Positions 9,987 to 21,124 of a stretch of 64,000 nt of DNA are shown here, piece by piece. The position numbers and the translations under genes were made by a program. Location of the stretch: the IMG/VR virus record IMGVR_UViG_3300032236_002285, positions 1-64,000 of that record; one strand, 5' to 3'. Each line of letters starts with the position of its first letter. Within the stretch, counting starts at the first letter, position 1. The notes beneath the pieces are model-generated. The model was not told the origin of the DNA. It worked only from the letters and a program-made list of their open reading frames with translations, and did no database searches.

Positions 9987-10437
9987 TTTCCTTTTCTATT
10001 TTTTCAAAATATTCATCTTGTTCTTCTAATGAATATTCTCTTTTCTTTGTATTATATATTAAATTATAAAGGAACTTATCATGTAGTTTGTGATGCTCAT
10101 CATGAACCATAGTTATGGTACAAGTTTCATCTTCAAAGTTATTTTCTACTTTTATTATTTCCATTCCAAATTTACCATCTTTGTCATGTAAGTTGCAAAT
10201 AACTTTTATTTTTTTCTCTAATAACTCAAGCACTTTATTAAAAGTGGTGTTTTTGGAAAGATATAAAAAGTCTTTCATATCCTCTTTGTTAGTGGATTGA
10301 TATAACTCTAAGAAATCACGCTCTCTTTTAGTTAGTGACTTTTTTTTATAAACCTTTTCTTTTATCTTATTTAATTCCATCTCTTTAACAGATTCGTTTA
10401 GTAGATAATATTTAATAATTCTTTCAAATTTGTTCAT
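9976..10437 (-). CDS. Hypothetical protein (N-terminal ...YLLNES; short 'SLTKRERDFL' helical motif)
   Basis: 153-aa ORF; reverse-strand AATATATA near 10461-10468. Confidence 0.65.
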   Translation of the reverse strand: MNKFERIIKYYLLNESVKEMELNKIKEKVYKKKSLTKRERDFLELYQSTNKEDMKDFLYLSKNTTFNKVLELLEKKIKVICNLHDKDGKFGMEIIKVENNFEDETCTITMVHDEHHKLHDKFLYNLIYNTKKREYSLEEQDEYFEKIEKENED

Positions 10438-10518
10438 ACAAATATAATACTTTCTTACATTATATATTAAGAAGTATTTACTTATTTTATATATACATTG
10501 TAAAATTACACTAAATTA

Positions 10519-13503
10519 ATGGATAAGAAGTTACTTGACGCTCTGAATAATTTATCTATCGCCCTTGGTGATATAGCACAGGCACTTGCTGATAAAAGTG
10601 AGGCTACTTCTGCAACAGCAAAGGCTATGAAGGGAGGTGATTTTATTAGTGAGATTAAAGAAATTAATGTAGGTGTAAAACAACTACAGAAAGATACTAA
10701 GCAAATTTTAAGTAATCAACAAACGATTATGAAAATGGCTGAAACAAAATCTAAAGATTCTAAAACATCAGATGTTGAGGGTTTAGGAAAAGATAAAACA
10801 TCACAAAAGAACTTCAAAGAAGGTATCGGTGTTATATTACTTATTGCAGTTGCTGTATTAGCTTTGGGTGTTGCCTTTAACTTAGTTGGTAAGGTTAACT
10901 TTCTTTCTGTTGTTGCTTTGTCATTAGCACTTCCGTTACTTGCTATTGGTTTTGCTAAAGTTTTAACGACACTAAAAGAAGTTGGTTTTAATGCTAAAGA
11001 AGATAGTAAGAATTTTCTTATTGCTATAGGTGCTATTGCACTATCTATAACAATGGCATCTTGGATATTACAAATGATTATTCCTTTGTCATTTTCTAAA
11101 GCCATGACTGCCACATTTATTGCTGTTACATTTGCACTATTAGCTCCTTCTATTTCAAGTTTTATGACGGCATTTAAGGGTCTAACCTGGATGGAGATAG
11201 CAAAAGGAGCAGTATCAATGGTTATAATATTACCAGCAATGGCTTTAGGTCTTGCTTTTGCATCTTGGGCATTTCAATTAATTAGACCTATTGGTATTGC
11301 ACAATTTCTTACTGCTGTTGGTATATCAGTTGCCTTTGTTGTTATTTCTTTTGGTTTAAAAAAGATGTTAGAGTCGTTTAAAGATGTAGATCTTAAAACG
11401 GCTGTAAAAGATATTGTACTTCTTCCTTTAGTTTTACCAGCAGTTGCTTTGGGTATAGCTCTATCATCATATGCTTTTCAATTAATAAAACCTGTAGGTT
11501 TATCTCAAATGTTTACCGCTGTTTTTATATCAGTTGCGTTTACTGTTATTGCTTATGGTTTGAATAAAATACTAACTTCATTTAAGGATATTTCTCCAGA
11601 ACAAGCAATTGAAGCCGCTATAATGATACCAATATTATTTGTTGGTATATCATATGCGATAGCCTTTTCATCTATAGCTTTTTCTAAAATAGTTCCAATT
11701 AGTTTTACTCAATTTCTTACCGCTGTTGGTATAGCCGCTGTTTTTGTTGTTATATCACTTGGTTTGAAGCTTATGACTAAAGCGATATCTCAGCTGAATT
11801 GGAAAGATGTTTTACTGATACCTGCTTTATACTCTGTTATATCAGTTGCTATATTTATATCTTCAGCTATTTTATCAAAAACTACAGTTATACCATTGTC
11901 TACATTAACCTCTATATTAGCATTTAGTATTACAATAGCGGGTGCTGTTGTTGCTATGGGAGGTGCTGTTTGGTTACTTACAAAAATGGGACTAGGTATT
12001 AAAGATGCTGTTATAGGTGGTTTACTAACTGTAATTATATCAACTGCTATAATGGTATCATCTCATATATTAGCACTTGGTAATTATAAAGATTACCCAG
12101 ATTGGAAATGGGCACTTGGTGTTGGTTTATCATTATTGGCTTTTGCCCCAGCTATGGTTGCTTTGGGTTTAATTAGTATGAGTGGTGTTGGTGCTCTTGC
12201 TTTATTGGCAGGTGCAGCCGCTGTCTTGGGTGTTGCTGGTACTATAGTTGTGACATCTCATATATTATCATCTGGTAAATATACAGGTGGTCCTCCACTT
12301 TGGTGGTCTATGTCTACTGCACTTTCATTAACTGCTTTTACTGCTGGTATGGTTTTACTTGGTGGTATGATTGTTGCTAGTTTTGGATTAGGTGCTTTGG
12401 CGCTTGCTGCTGGTAGTAAGGCTGTTCTAACTGTTGCTCAAACAATAGTTGATACATCTTTTATATTACAAAAGGGTAAGTATGTGGGTGGTCCTACTAA
12501 AGAATGGGCTGAGGGTATATCATTGGCTTTAGGTGCTTTTTCACCTGTTTATGGTATGTTAATGGCTAATAAAATAATGAGTCTATTTGGTGGTGGTGTT
12601 GGTCCAGATGATTTTACAAAGGCAATAAGAGTTGTTTCACAAGGTATAGTAGATGCTGCTATTTTCTTTGCAAATGTTGATCGTAGCATATTTAAGGGTG
12701 GTCCTACTAAAGAATGGTCGGATGGTGTAGGCGGTGCTATTGGTGCTTTCTCGCCTGTGTTTAAGGCTTTACATGAAGATAGTGGTTGGTTTACATCAAG
12801 TGATGATGTTATTAAAAACATGACAAATGCTGTAAAATCCATATCACAAAGTATAGTTGATGTTGCTACAAATTTTTCATCAGCAGGTAATATATGGACA
12901 AATTATCCTACCGCAGATTGGACTAAGAATATAGGACAAGCCATAACAAGTTTTGCAGATTTAGTTAAAAATCTTAAAGGTTATGAGAATTCAGGATTTA
13001 AATCTCTAATTGGTGCTGATCCTATAACTAATATTTCAAATGGTATGATTAAAATAGCCGGTGCTTATGATAGATTAGCAAGAGCTATAAAAAACTTTGG
13101 TTCAGCTCTTAATGGATTGGATATTGTTAAAGTTAATGCCTTTAGATCACTCACTGCTAACTTAGCTATGTTATCTGCTATGGATTCAACGATGTTTAGT
13201 AACATGTTGAAGGTTATTGAAAGTAGAAGTGGTGTTTTTGCTAACTTATTGAAATCACAAACAGCTGAGATTACTAAAAGACCAGGTGTTAATGTTGCAG
13301 GTGCTGCTGGTGCTGCTGGCCAAGGTAAAAAGGTTGATGAGTCATATATGAGAGATAATAAGGGTGAAACTCAACTACAAAAACTTGATAAAGTTGTTGC
13401 TTTATTAAGTGAATTGAGAAACTCAGCAAGAAGCATTGATGAGCATCTTCAAAATCCTAAAATGAAGAAAAATGAAGATATCGGCGCTAAAGGTGATGAT
13501 TAA
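10519..13503 (+). CDS. Tape-measure-like, multi-hydrophobic-helix virion protein
   Basis: 994 aa, Ala/Gly/Ile-rich with ~69-aa repeated hydrophobic units (LIRPIGIAQFLTAV / LIKPVGLSQMFTAV / IVPISFTQFLTAV) and GGPTKEW repeats; TATATATA upstream. Confidence 0.5.
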   Translation: MDKKLLDALNNLSIALGDIAQALADKSEATSATAKAMKGGDFISEIKEINVGVKQLQKDTKQILSNQQTIMKMAETKSKDSKTSDVEGLGKDKTSQKNFKEGIGVILLIAVAVLALGVAFNLVGKVNFLSVVALSLALPLLAIGFAKVLTTLKEVGFNAKEDSKNFLIAIGAIALSITMASWILQMIIPLSFSKAMTATFIAVTFALLAPSISSFMTAFKGLTWMEIAKGAVSMVIILPAMALGLAFASWAFQLIRPIGIAQFLTAVGISVAFVVISFGLKKMLESFKDVDLKTAVKDIVLLPLVLPAVALGIALSSYAFQLIKPVGLSQMFTAVFISVAFTVIAYGLNKILTSFKDISPEQAIEAAIMIPILFVGISYAIAFSSIAFSKIVPISFTQFLTAVGIAAVFVVISLGLKLMTKAISQLNWKDVLLIPALYSVISVAIFISSAILSKTTVIPLSTLTSILAFSITIAGAVVAMGGAVWLLTKMGLGIKDAVIGGLLTVIISTAIMVSSHILALGNYKDYPDWKWALGVGLSLLAFAPAMVALGLISMSGVGALALLAGAAAVLGVAGTIVVTSHILSSGKYTGGPPLWWSMSTALSLTAFTAGMVLLGGMIVASFGLGALALAAGSKAVLTVAQTIVDTSFILQKGKYVGGPTKEWAEGISLALGAFSPVYGMLMANKIMSLFGGGVGPDDFTKAIRVVSQGIVDAAIFFANVDRSIFKGGPTKEWSDGVGGAIGAFSPVFKALHEDSGWFTSSDDVIKNMTNAVKSISQSIVDVATNFSSAGNIWTNYPTADWTKNIGQAITSFADLVKNLKGYENSGFKSLIGADPITNISNGMIKIAGAYDRLARAIKNFGSALNGLDIVKVNAFRSLTANLAMLSAMDSTMFSNMLKVIESRSGVFANLLKSQTAEITKRPGVNVAGAAGAAGQGKKVDESYMRDNKGETQLQKLDKVVALLSELRNSARSIDEHLQNPKMKKNEDIGAKGDD

Positions 13504-13532
13504 ACATTTTAAACAATTATTATATAATCTAT

Positions 13533-13982
13533 ATGGCAAATAAAATTTCTTTTATTAAAAAACTAAGTATCTTTAGAGATTTCAAAAAAGTATTGAGATT
13601 AAATAAGATAGAAATACAAGAGGTATTTGGTGCTAGAGTTGATAATGCTTATAGAATTTACAATGTTATTAATGTACCAGTTGAAGAGATAGGCGAACCT
13701 TATAATTTAAGAAAGTCAGATATTGATTTAATAGCCGAAAAAACAGTTAGAGAATACTCTTCAGGTATTTCCAAGTATTTAGATTCAAAAGGACTACAAG
13801 AGATGTATGATTTCTATGAGATTAGAAAAGTAGATAAATATTCTTATTTAATAGTTATTGGATTTTCATTACCAAATGATCCTTTCAGAAGTAATATATA
13901 TTATGATAATTTGAGGTATAGAGTTATACCGATTTTATCAGTTATAAGTTTGATAATTTTATCGCTTATTTTATTTCTTTAA
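13533..13982 (+). CDS. Hypothetical protein with C-terminal transmembrane anchor
   Basis: C-terminal VIPILSVISLIILSLILFL. Confidence 0.65.
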   Translation: MANKISFIKKLSIFRDFKKVLRLNKIEIQEVFGARVDNAYRIYNVINVPVEEIGEPYNLRKSDIDLIAEKTVREYSSGISKYLDSKGLQEMYDFYEIRKVDKYSYLIVIGFSLPNDPFRSNIYYDNLRYRVIPILSVISLIILSLILFL

Positions 13983-14030
13983 CTAAACTTTTACCACTAC
14001 TCAACTTATAAAATAAAAAATAATTCTAAA

Positions 14031-14462
14031 ATGGATAAATTTTACGAGGTATCTGAAGATGCAATCGCACGCTTTTACGAAATCTTTAACAAAAAAACTT
14101 TCCCAGTAGCTATTGGTTTTCAGTTTATTGGTTGTGAAAAACAAAAAGAACTTATTAAAATTTCAAAAGTTGCAGACCAGTATGCTTTTCTTCTTAAAAA
14201 AGAAATACTAGTTTCTATCAATGATGATTTAATGAGTGTATTTGATGATGAATCAATTGAAATCTTAATCGAACAAGAAATTGATAAGGTAACAATGAAC
14301 ATTGAAACTGGAAAGATTAAATTAATCAAAACAGACTTAAATACTTTCTCAGCTATTGTTAATAAGTATGGTGTTGAAAAAGTAGCAAGAGCTAATAAAG
14401 TTGAAGAACTTTATCAAGAACAAAAGAAAGACGGTAAAGCTGACGAAGAATTTATAGCTTAA
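14031..14462 (+). CDS. Phage metallopeptidase-like protein, probably catalytically inactive
   Basis: ILIEQEIDKV where HExxH is expected, followed by DLNTFSAIVNKYG. Confidence 0.4.
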   Translation: MDKFYEVSEDAIARFYEIFNKKTFPVAIGFQFIGCEKQKELIKISKVADQYAFLLKKEILVSINDDLMSVFDDESIEILIEQEIDKVTMNIETGKIKLIKTDLNTFSAIVNKYGVEKVARANKVEELYQEQKKDGKADEEFIA

Positions 14463-14483
14463 TAAAATAAAAATAAAATTAAT

Positions 14484-15146
14484 ATGGAAAACATTGAAAC
14501 AAGAGTAGTTAAACCAGCAGTATCATTTTTTGAAAATGAGGAGGTTTATTTAGTTATAGATCCTCAAGAAGAATCTAATTTAGATTCTAAAATTAAAGAT
14601 ATTGAGGATTACATGAAAAATAATACAGGTAAAGGTAAAACTGAACAAGAGAAAGATGACCTTTATAAAAGTGCACAAGATTTGTGGAATAATTATGCTA
14701 CAGCACTTAAAAGTGCTCAGTATAATTTTCAATTAAATAGACCACAACACAGATTTTTAACTGATTTAATTCTCACTAAAATGGAATATGATGTTAATAC
14801 TGTATTTTTTGCTATAGAATTAACAGATATGTTAGGTAGTATGAAAGGTGCTAAATATACAGATGATAAGAATTTAATTTCTTTCCCTGTAAACGCAACA
14901 GAAATCACTTATATTTATCACTTAATCTCTAAGCATAAAGTAAAAGGTCTTTCAAAAGAAGCTTACTTATTTTCACAAATTCTTTATAGAATTGGTGGTA
15001 TCAGTAAGATGTTTAATTACTATGAGGCAGCTCATAAAAATTTATCAAGTGATATCCAAAATTGGGTTCTTACTTTTGATGAAGGTGTTGAGTTAGACAC
15101 TGTTACAACAAAAAAATCTTCTAAGAAAGAAAAAGTAACTGAATAG
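14484..15146 (+). CDS. Hypothetical protein
   Basis: 220-aa ORF followed by a terminator. Confidence 0.7.
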   Translation: MENIETRVVKPAVSFFENEEVYLVIDPQEESNLDSKIKDIEDYMKNNTGKGKTEQEKDDLYKSAQDLWNNYATALKSAQYNFQLNRPQHRFLTDLILTKMEYDVNTVFFAIELTDMLGSMKGAKYTDDKNLISFPVNATEITYIYHLISKHKVKGLSKEAYLFSQILYRIGGISKMFNYYEAAHKNLSSDIQNWVLTFDEGVELDTVTTKKSSKKEKVTE

Positions 15147-15165
15147 TAAATATCGGTTAAAAAAT

Positions 15166-15197
15166 TAAAACCTCTGTAAAACTACAGAGGTTTTTTA
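15166..15197. terminator. Bidirectional intrinsic terminator
   Basis: AAAACCTCTGTA-loop-TACAGAGGTTTT. Confidence 0.8.
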
Positions 15198-15199
15198 TT

Positions 15200-18100
15200 T
15201 TAATATATTGGTGTTATTGGTTGAAATGGACCTATTAAATCAATATAAGTCACCGGTTGTCTCAAGTCTTTAAGACCTCTTATTTCATAGTTCTTTTTAT
15301 CTTTATAAACCAACCCATACCCATTGTCTGTTGTTATCTCGATAACAATAAAAGGATCTATATTAGAGTCAATTGTAAAATTGAATGGTAATATAGGATT
15401 TGGTGGTGGTAACAACGAAGTAGTTGACTGTGTTGCATATTTAGGAACTTGTCTAAACTCTTTAATAGTCTGAACTGGTTCATAGTTAATTTCTTTCCAC
15501 TCAGTTATTTTTAACCAATTTTGAGTATCAACTACAGGTGTTATAGAGCTAGTTGCTGTTGAAGCCGTTCCTAATCCACTATAAACAAATATATCTCTAT
15601 TATACTCAACAATACTTGTTACACTATAGGATAGTCCAGATACCCATGATTGTACATTTTCGTAAGTTCTTGGGTTATGTACTTTATTATTATCAATTTG
15701 TGACTCATATATCTTACCATAATAGCTTACTTTATCTCCAATATTATAAGTTGTAAATGGATACCACTCTTTATATGTTTTATAAGTTCTAACTAATATA
15801 TCAAAATATTCTGGTAGTTCTAATGGAATACCATTATATGGTTTTGGTGGTGGTGTTAATCCAGTTGGATTTTTATCAGCACCTACTTTATCTATTATTG
15901 AGTAAAAATCAATTACACAATTGTAAACAGTTGAACCACTATTAATTGGCATCAAGTAAGCTTCGTTTAACTTAAATGATATTGGTGTCATATTCTGTCT
16001 AATATTGAATATTTGAACATCATATGATGTGTGTTGTATCTGTGGTTGATCATTAAAATAAGCCTTACCGGTTATATCTAATATCTTATGTGTTAAAGGT
16101 ATGATATTTCTCTTTAACCAATATTTAAGACCTTGTAATTTAATGATTACTTCATCTATTGAATAGTTTAGTACATTGTTACCATCTTTATCAGTAATAG
16201 CATAGGTTAGATTGAATAGATTTGTAGCCTCATAATCATTATTTGGGAAGTTATTTTTGAAGAAATCACTTTCTGTCCAACCTGGAACTGAATTATCAAA
16301 TATATCAGGAATTTCTTGTTTGAACAATTTTAAGAACTTTTCAGATTGTGGGTTAATGTTTCTATAATACTCATTTAATTGTAAATCATTATAACCAAAA
16401 AAGTTAATAGCATTAATAATTGATTTATAAGCACCGATATAAGGATATATCAAATGCTTCATCATTAACATTTCTTTTCTTTTCTTATTTAAGTATGTCC
16501 AGTCGATGCCACCTTCTAGTATATCATACTCCTTGAATATAAATACTTCACTAGGTGCTACCAATTTACCTACATTTCCCAATTCTGTTTTAAATCTTAT
16601 GTCTTCGATTTCAGTTTGACCGTAAGTTATAAATCTACCAATTTCTCTATCAATTACATTGATGTTAACAGTACAATATGTTGTGCTTCCACTAGATGGA
16701 TAATTACTTATTACAGAACTTTCTTGATATAAATAGTCATCAGAGTTAATAAAATCAACAATAATACTTTTGTAGTAAACACTTCTAATTTTAACAATTG
16801 TTCCATTGTTATCGGATATGTATTGTTTTTTATTGTTAGTTGTATCTTTTACATAGATAGTAATAATTTGACCTTCTTTTAACCCAATATCTGTGAAGCT
16901 ATATGGTGAGTTAACATTAAGCTCTATATAACCTCTTCTATCAGGTCCGTAAACATCAAGAGTTTGAAATGACATTATAGAATTATTAGTTGATGTTGAA
17001 TCAAATATAAGAGATATATCTTCTTTTTTATAAAGTTGAAGGATTGATCTTATTGCTCCTTCCTCATCTGCTCTAAAACCTATAAATAATTCTAAAGGTT
17101 CAGGTGAGGTTGATATGTCATTATCATCATCTATGTAACTTAAAGCATAAGAAACCGTTCCAAATATAGTTTGCTGATATTCTGGTGCGCTTAATTTTGT
17201 TAAGTCTTTATTAGGTTTAGTATTTAAAACCGCTGTTGTTAGTGGTTTAGGTCCAACATATGAATAACTACCGGTTGTTGGTAATTGAGTTCCTGAAAAA
17301 TCATACATGAAAAATTCAGGTGATACATCAGAATACCATTTAAAGTAGTATGTAACTTGAGCATCATTTTTGAAGTTTTCTCTTGGTTTTCTTAAATATT
17401 CTTTAGTCTTTAGCCAAAGGTCTACATGTGGTGTATAATCAGGACTTAAAGTTCCATATAAATTATCTTCAGCTATTTGAGTATTTATAACCTCTGGTGT
17501 TATTACACTATTTAATGTGACCTCCATCTCAAGTACTGAGTTTATTGATGGTTGTATAGTCCAAATAGACTTTCTTTCAGGATTGTATATTATTCTTCCT
17601 GAACCAGCTGATAAAGCCTCTGTATGTACTACTGAGCCGTTTGTAGGGTTTATAACTTGTATTACATTACTTAGCTTTGATGATAGATATACATCACCAT
17701 CATATTGATTTAGTGATAAATAACCCCAGTTACCAAGTGCTGTATTAACAACAACAGAGTTAGAATTTAAATCTAGAGCTTTAAATGATGTTGTTGAATC
17801 GGATATATTAACATCTCCTGTTAAATTGTTATAAATGATATCTTCAAATCCGCTTGTTAATACATTTGGTATTGATATTGTTAAACTATTATCTATTTTC
17901 CATAATGATGCTGAGCCATAAACATAAATTGATTCGTTAACTGGCTCATAGAAAATTGAGCCTGTTGCGCCTGGTACACCAAATGTAGTTTGTATAGCTC
18001 TTGTTGAGCCTAAAACTCTTAAAACAGAGCTTGTATTTGAGTTTGTGATGATATACATATCACCTTCAAAATCATTGAATATCATAGTACCCGTAGATGT

Positions 18101-21031
18101 TGCATCAACTGGGAAATTAGTAGAAGATGTTGTTAAAGTTTGTGATAAAACATTATTTAAATTGTATATTTCTACCTTAGCTACATCAGTATAAGAGATA
18201 TAAATATCACCATTGGAATTGTTTATTTGTAAATCCTTAGCCATATTTGGTAATGACCAATAAGTAACTAATGTATTCAATAATGGATCAACAACATATA
18301 CTTTTTGCTTTGATAAGCAATATAAATAATTGTTTATACCGTTGAATCTCATCAAGATACTTTGTGTGTTACCTGGTAGATTTACACTTGATATATAATT
18401 TCCTGAATAAGCATCTAATACAATTACACCATCACCAAATGCGTACATTGAACTTGATAATTGAACATATAATATGTCTACTAGATTAGAAGAACCAGGA
18501 TATGATAATAATGTGTAGTTATTTAAGTTATATGTGTTTGGATTGTATGTTAAACTAAACGCTGAGCTAAATTGTGACTTATTAAAAGGTCCACCAACCG
18601 CACTAGCACCTGTTGGTCCTACTATTGGTCCACATCCAGTTTGTCCAAATCCTACCTCAAATGCTAAGGTAATAAATGGTGATGAGTTACAAAGTTCGTT
18701 ATTAGTTCCCCAAAAAGGTCCTTGATAACTTAAATTCATTACACTTGGGTCAAGATGTTGTATATTATACTCTTGATTATTATAAGAATGGAATGTGTTG
18801 TTTATTGAAAACGCCATTCCGGTTGCAAACCCCGCATCTTCAAATGAGTAAGTTCCAGTTGATGTTGTTGATAGATTTACTTCATTTGAAGATATCAAAA
18901 CACCAAAATTTCCTTTAAGTTTTTTAGTTATAATGTAATCGTTTATACCTGGTAGAGTACTTTTACCAGTACTTATTGTGTAATCCAATCTTTGAATTGC
19001 AGACTTTATATCAAATTTCAATAAATTATTAATATTTGATACTACAATACCATATGTACTTAGATAATCACCATGTTCTTTAACCCAAGCAGATAAAGTA
19101 GATGGTATATCTGGATATTGTGAATATGTTCCTGTTAAATAAATTGTACTTTGGTCATATGTATCACCATTTATATTAAATGATAAATAGTTACCCATGT
19201 CATTGAATAAGACTCTTGAGTGTTCGATATAATAATTAGCAGTTGTACCAACTAAAACATTGTTTATAACCATTTCAACATTTGGATAATCCGTTGTTAA
19301 TTTAATTGAATTATAAAAAGGAGAAACAAAAGAACCAATATATTGTAGATCTGCTACTATACCTAACTTTTGTAAATCTACATAGTTTCTAGTTAGCCAA
19401 GATCTTAAAGTTCTATCAATAGTTCTTTGCATGTCTGGTGCAATACCACTATATACCCAAGCAATTTCCTCTTCAAATACTTGCTTGTTTATTACTATTT
19501 TAAATCCATACTCATCTAAATCAGTAAATACAATATTTACAGAGAAATTAGAAGAAAAATTATAGTTTAATTCTTTATTTACCGACTCAGTTACTTGTAT
19601 AAGTCTTTCATATGTTTCCTTAACATGACCAATAGAATATGTTGGTCCTATTGATGTTTGGTAAAAATTAACCTCAACATATTTAGAAGGGTACATCAAG
19701 TCTGCCTTTAGTTTACTATTTTCATAGTATAATTCAACATTAAATGATTTTAAGTCATTTACATATTTTTGAGCAGCAGATGCTAATGTTACCTCACTAC
19801 TTTGAGTCCAACCATATTGGAAATAAAGTTTATCTGTTGTTAAATATATTTGACAACTTGATAATGTTTCTGGTGTTATTAACTCATCTACTTCTAAATA
19901 TGAAATAACACTTGTCCAGTATGTTGTACTTGATTTTGGTGTTACAAATTGAGTTGTTGGGTCTGCAAAACTCTGAGTATAAGCTTGAATACATTCATAT
20001 ATTACATTTTCATATAATACATGAGATTGTACATCATAGAAAGTTTGTTGTGTATTTCCATTAAACGTAGGAATACTAGCTACCGTGAAAAAGTTTTGAT
20101 TGTTAACTGATCCAGTTATTTTAAATTGTGTTCCAGGTTTCAAAACAGCAGGTACCGTACTACCAAATACTATTTTATTTGTAGATGAATGTGTACTAGA
20201 TATGTATTGAAGCGTTAAAGAACCATCATATATTTTAGGTAGGTCTGTTTTTGTAGCAACTTCAATTATTAAGTCATTATTTAACAAATCAGATGTTGAT
20301 GTGTAATATTCAAAAAACTTATTATCAGTTACTTGTTCTTCTAATACCGTAAATGTTTTATTATTGTTAGTTGTATTTACGACATTTAACTTCTTTTTCT
20401 TGTATAACTTGTCATAAAAGTTTGGTTCATTCCAAGTTGATAAGTTATTCGCATATGACTGATTTATATAATTATAAATACCAATAGCATTTATAGCCGA
20501 TATAGATTTGCCTGTATATGTAGCATCATATATGTATTGACTATAAAAATTAGTCTCAAATGTTGCATTATCAACAGATGATATAATCATGATGGCACCT
20601 TTTTTAACACCAACAACCGTATATGTTTGTAATGGATTTGTAAATTCTAAAAGAGGGTAATCAAATCTTATAATTGTTCCAACAGGAAATGATTTATCTA
20701 AAAGTGTACCATATATCCACTTTGAATAAAAGCCTGGGTCGTTATTAATTGGTTCTATTTTAGTAATAGATTGTGTTGAAAAGTTACCAGCGTAAAAGTC
20801 AAATCCAAACTCATTGAATAATTGAAATTTATTCAAAGTCATTTCACCTGGTGATTCAAATTCAAAAGAAGGAATTCTTTCTAATGTATAAAGACCAGCA
20901 GTCTTGAATGTATCATTTGAGTTTTCATCAAAAAGGATTGTTCCTTCAAATCTATCGTTTGTATCGCTATAATTAAAATTTAAATTATCTCCTTCTTTGT
21001 TGAAAAATAATAAGTTCTTGTGATTAGACAT
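15200..21031 (-). CDS. Large baseplate wedge-like protein with beta-propeller and carbohydrate-binding-like modules
   Basis: IYPYIGAYKSIINAINFFGY wedge-type helix; YVTN-like repeats (YLYCLSKQKVYVVDP, DVYLSSKLSNVIQVINP); CBM5/12-like WYPFTTYNIGDKVSYYGKIYES. Confidence 0.6.
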   Translation of the reverse strand: MSNHKNLLFFNKEGDNLNFNYSDTNDRFEGTILFDENSNDTFKTAGLYTLERIPSFEFESPGEMTLNKFQLFNEFGFDFYAGNFSTQSITKIEPINNDPGFYSKWIYGTLLDKSFPVGTIIRFDYPLLEFTNPLQTYTVVGVKKGAIMIISSVDNATFETNFYSQYIYDATYTGKSISAINAIGIYNYINQSYANNLSTWNEPNFYDKLYKKKKLNVVNTTNNNKTFTVLEEQVTDNKFFEYYTSTSDLLNNDLIIEVATKTDLPKIYDGSLTLQYISSTHSSTNKIVFGSTVPAVLKPGTQFKITGSVNNQNFFTVASIPTFNGNTQQTFYDVQSHVLYENVIYECIQAYTQSFADPTTQFVTPKSSTTYWTSVISYLEVDELITPETLSSCQIYLTTDKLYFQYGWTQSSEVTLASAAQKYVNDLKSFNVELYYENSKLKADLMYPSKYVEVNFYQTSIGPTYSIGHVKETYERLIQVTESVNKELNYNFSSNFSVNIVFTDLDEYGFKIVINKQVFEEEIAWVYSGIAPDMQRTIDRTLRSWLTRNYVDLQKLGIVADLQYIGSFVSPFYNSIKLTTDYPNVEMVINNVLVGTTANYYIEHSRVLFNDMGNYLSFNINGDTYDQSTIYLTGTYSQYPDIPSTLSAWVKEHGDYLSTYGIVVSNINNLLKFDIKSAIQRLDYTISTGKSTLPGINDYIITKKLKGNFGVLISSNEVNLSTTSTGTYSFEDAGFATGMAFSINNTFHSYNNQEYNIQHLDPSVMNLSYQGPFWGTNNELCNSSPFITLAFEVGFGQTGCGPIVGPTGASAVGGPFNKSQFSSAFSLTYNPNTYNLNNYTLLSYPGSSNLVDILYVQLSSSMYAFGDGVIVLDAYSGNYISSVNLPGNTQSILMRFNGINNYLYCLSKQKVYVVDPLLNTLVTYWSLPNMAKDLQINNSNGDIYISYTDVAKVEIYNLNNVLSQTLTTSSTNFPVDATSTGTMIFNDFEGDMYIITNSNTSSVLRVLGSTRAIQTTFGVPGATGSIFYEPVNESIYVYGSASLWKIDNSLTISIPNVLTSGFEDIIYNNLTGDVNISDSTTSFKALDLNSNSVVVNTALGNWGYLSLNQYDGDVYLSSKLSNVIQVINPTNGSVVHTEALSAGSGRIIYNPERKSIWTIQPSINSVLEMEVTLNSVITPEVINTQIAEDNLYGTLSPDYTPHVDLWLKTKEYLRKPRENFKNDAQVTYYFKWYSDVSPEFFMYDFSGTQLPTTGSYSYVGPKPLTTAVLNTKPNKDLTKLSAPEYQQTIFGTVSYALSYIDDDNDISTSPEPLELFIGFRADEEGAIRSILQLYKKEDISLIFDSTSTNNSIMSFQTLDVYGPDRRGYIELNVNSPYSFTDIGLKEGQIITIYVKDTTNNKKQYISDNNGTIVKIRSVYYKSIIVDFINSDDYLYQESSVISNYPSSGSTTYCTVNINVIDREIGRFITYGQTEIEDIRFKTELGNVGKLVAPSEVFIFKEYDILEGGIDWTYLNKKRKEMLMMKHLIYPYIGAYKSIINAINFFGYNDLQLNEYYRNINPQSEKFLKLFKQEIPDIFDNSVPGWTESDFFKNNFPNNDYEATNLFNLTYAITDKDGNNVLNYSIDEVIIKLQGLKYWLKRNIIPLTHKILDITGKAYFNDQPQIQHTSYDVQIFNIRQNMTPISFKLNEAYLMPINSGSTVYNCVIDFYSIIDKVGADKNPTGLTPPPKPYNGIPLELPEYFDILVRTYKTYKEWYPFTTYNIGDKVSYYGKIYESQIDNNKVHNPRTYENVQSWVSGLSYSVTSIVEYNRDIFVYSGLGTASTATSSITPVVDTQNWLKITEWKEINYEPVQTIKEFRQVPKYATQSTTSLLPPPNPILPFNFTIDSNIDPFIVIEITTDNGYGLVYKDKKNYEIRGLKDLRQPVTYIDLIGPFQPITPIY

Positions 21032-21124
21032 CTATGGTTATAAACTTTTACATATATATTAATTTATCTTTTCTTAGTAAGTGATTTTAATATATACAAA
21101 TAATGAAAAAATAAACATTTATGT

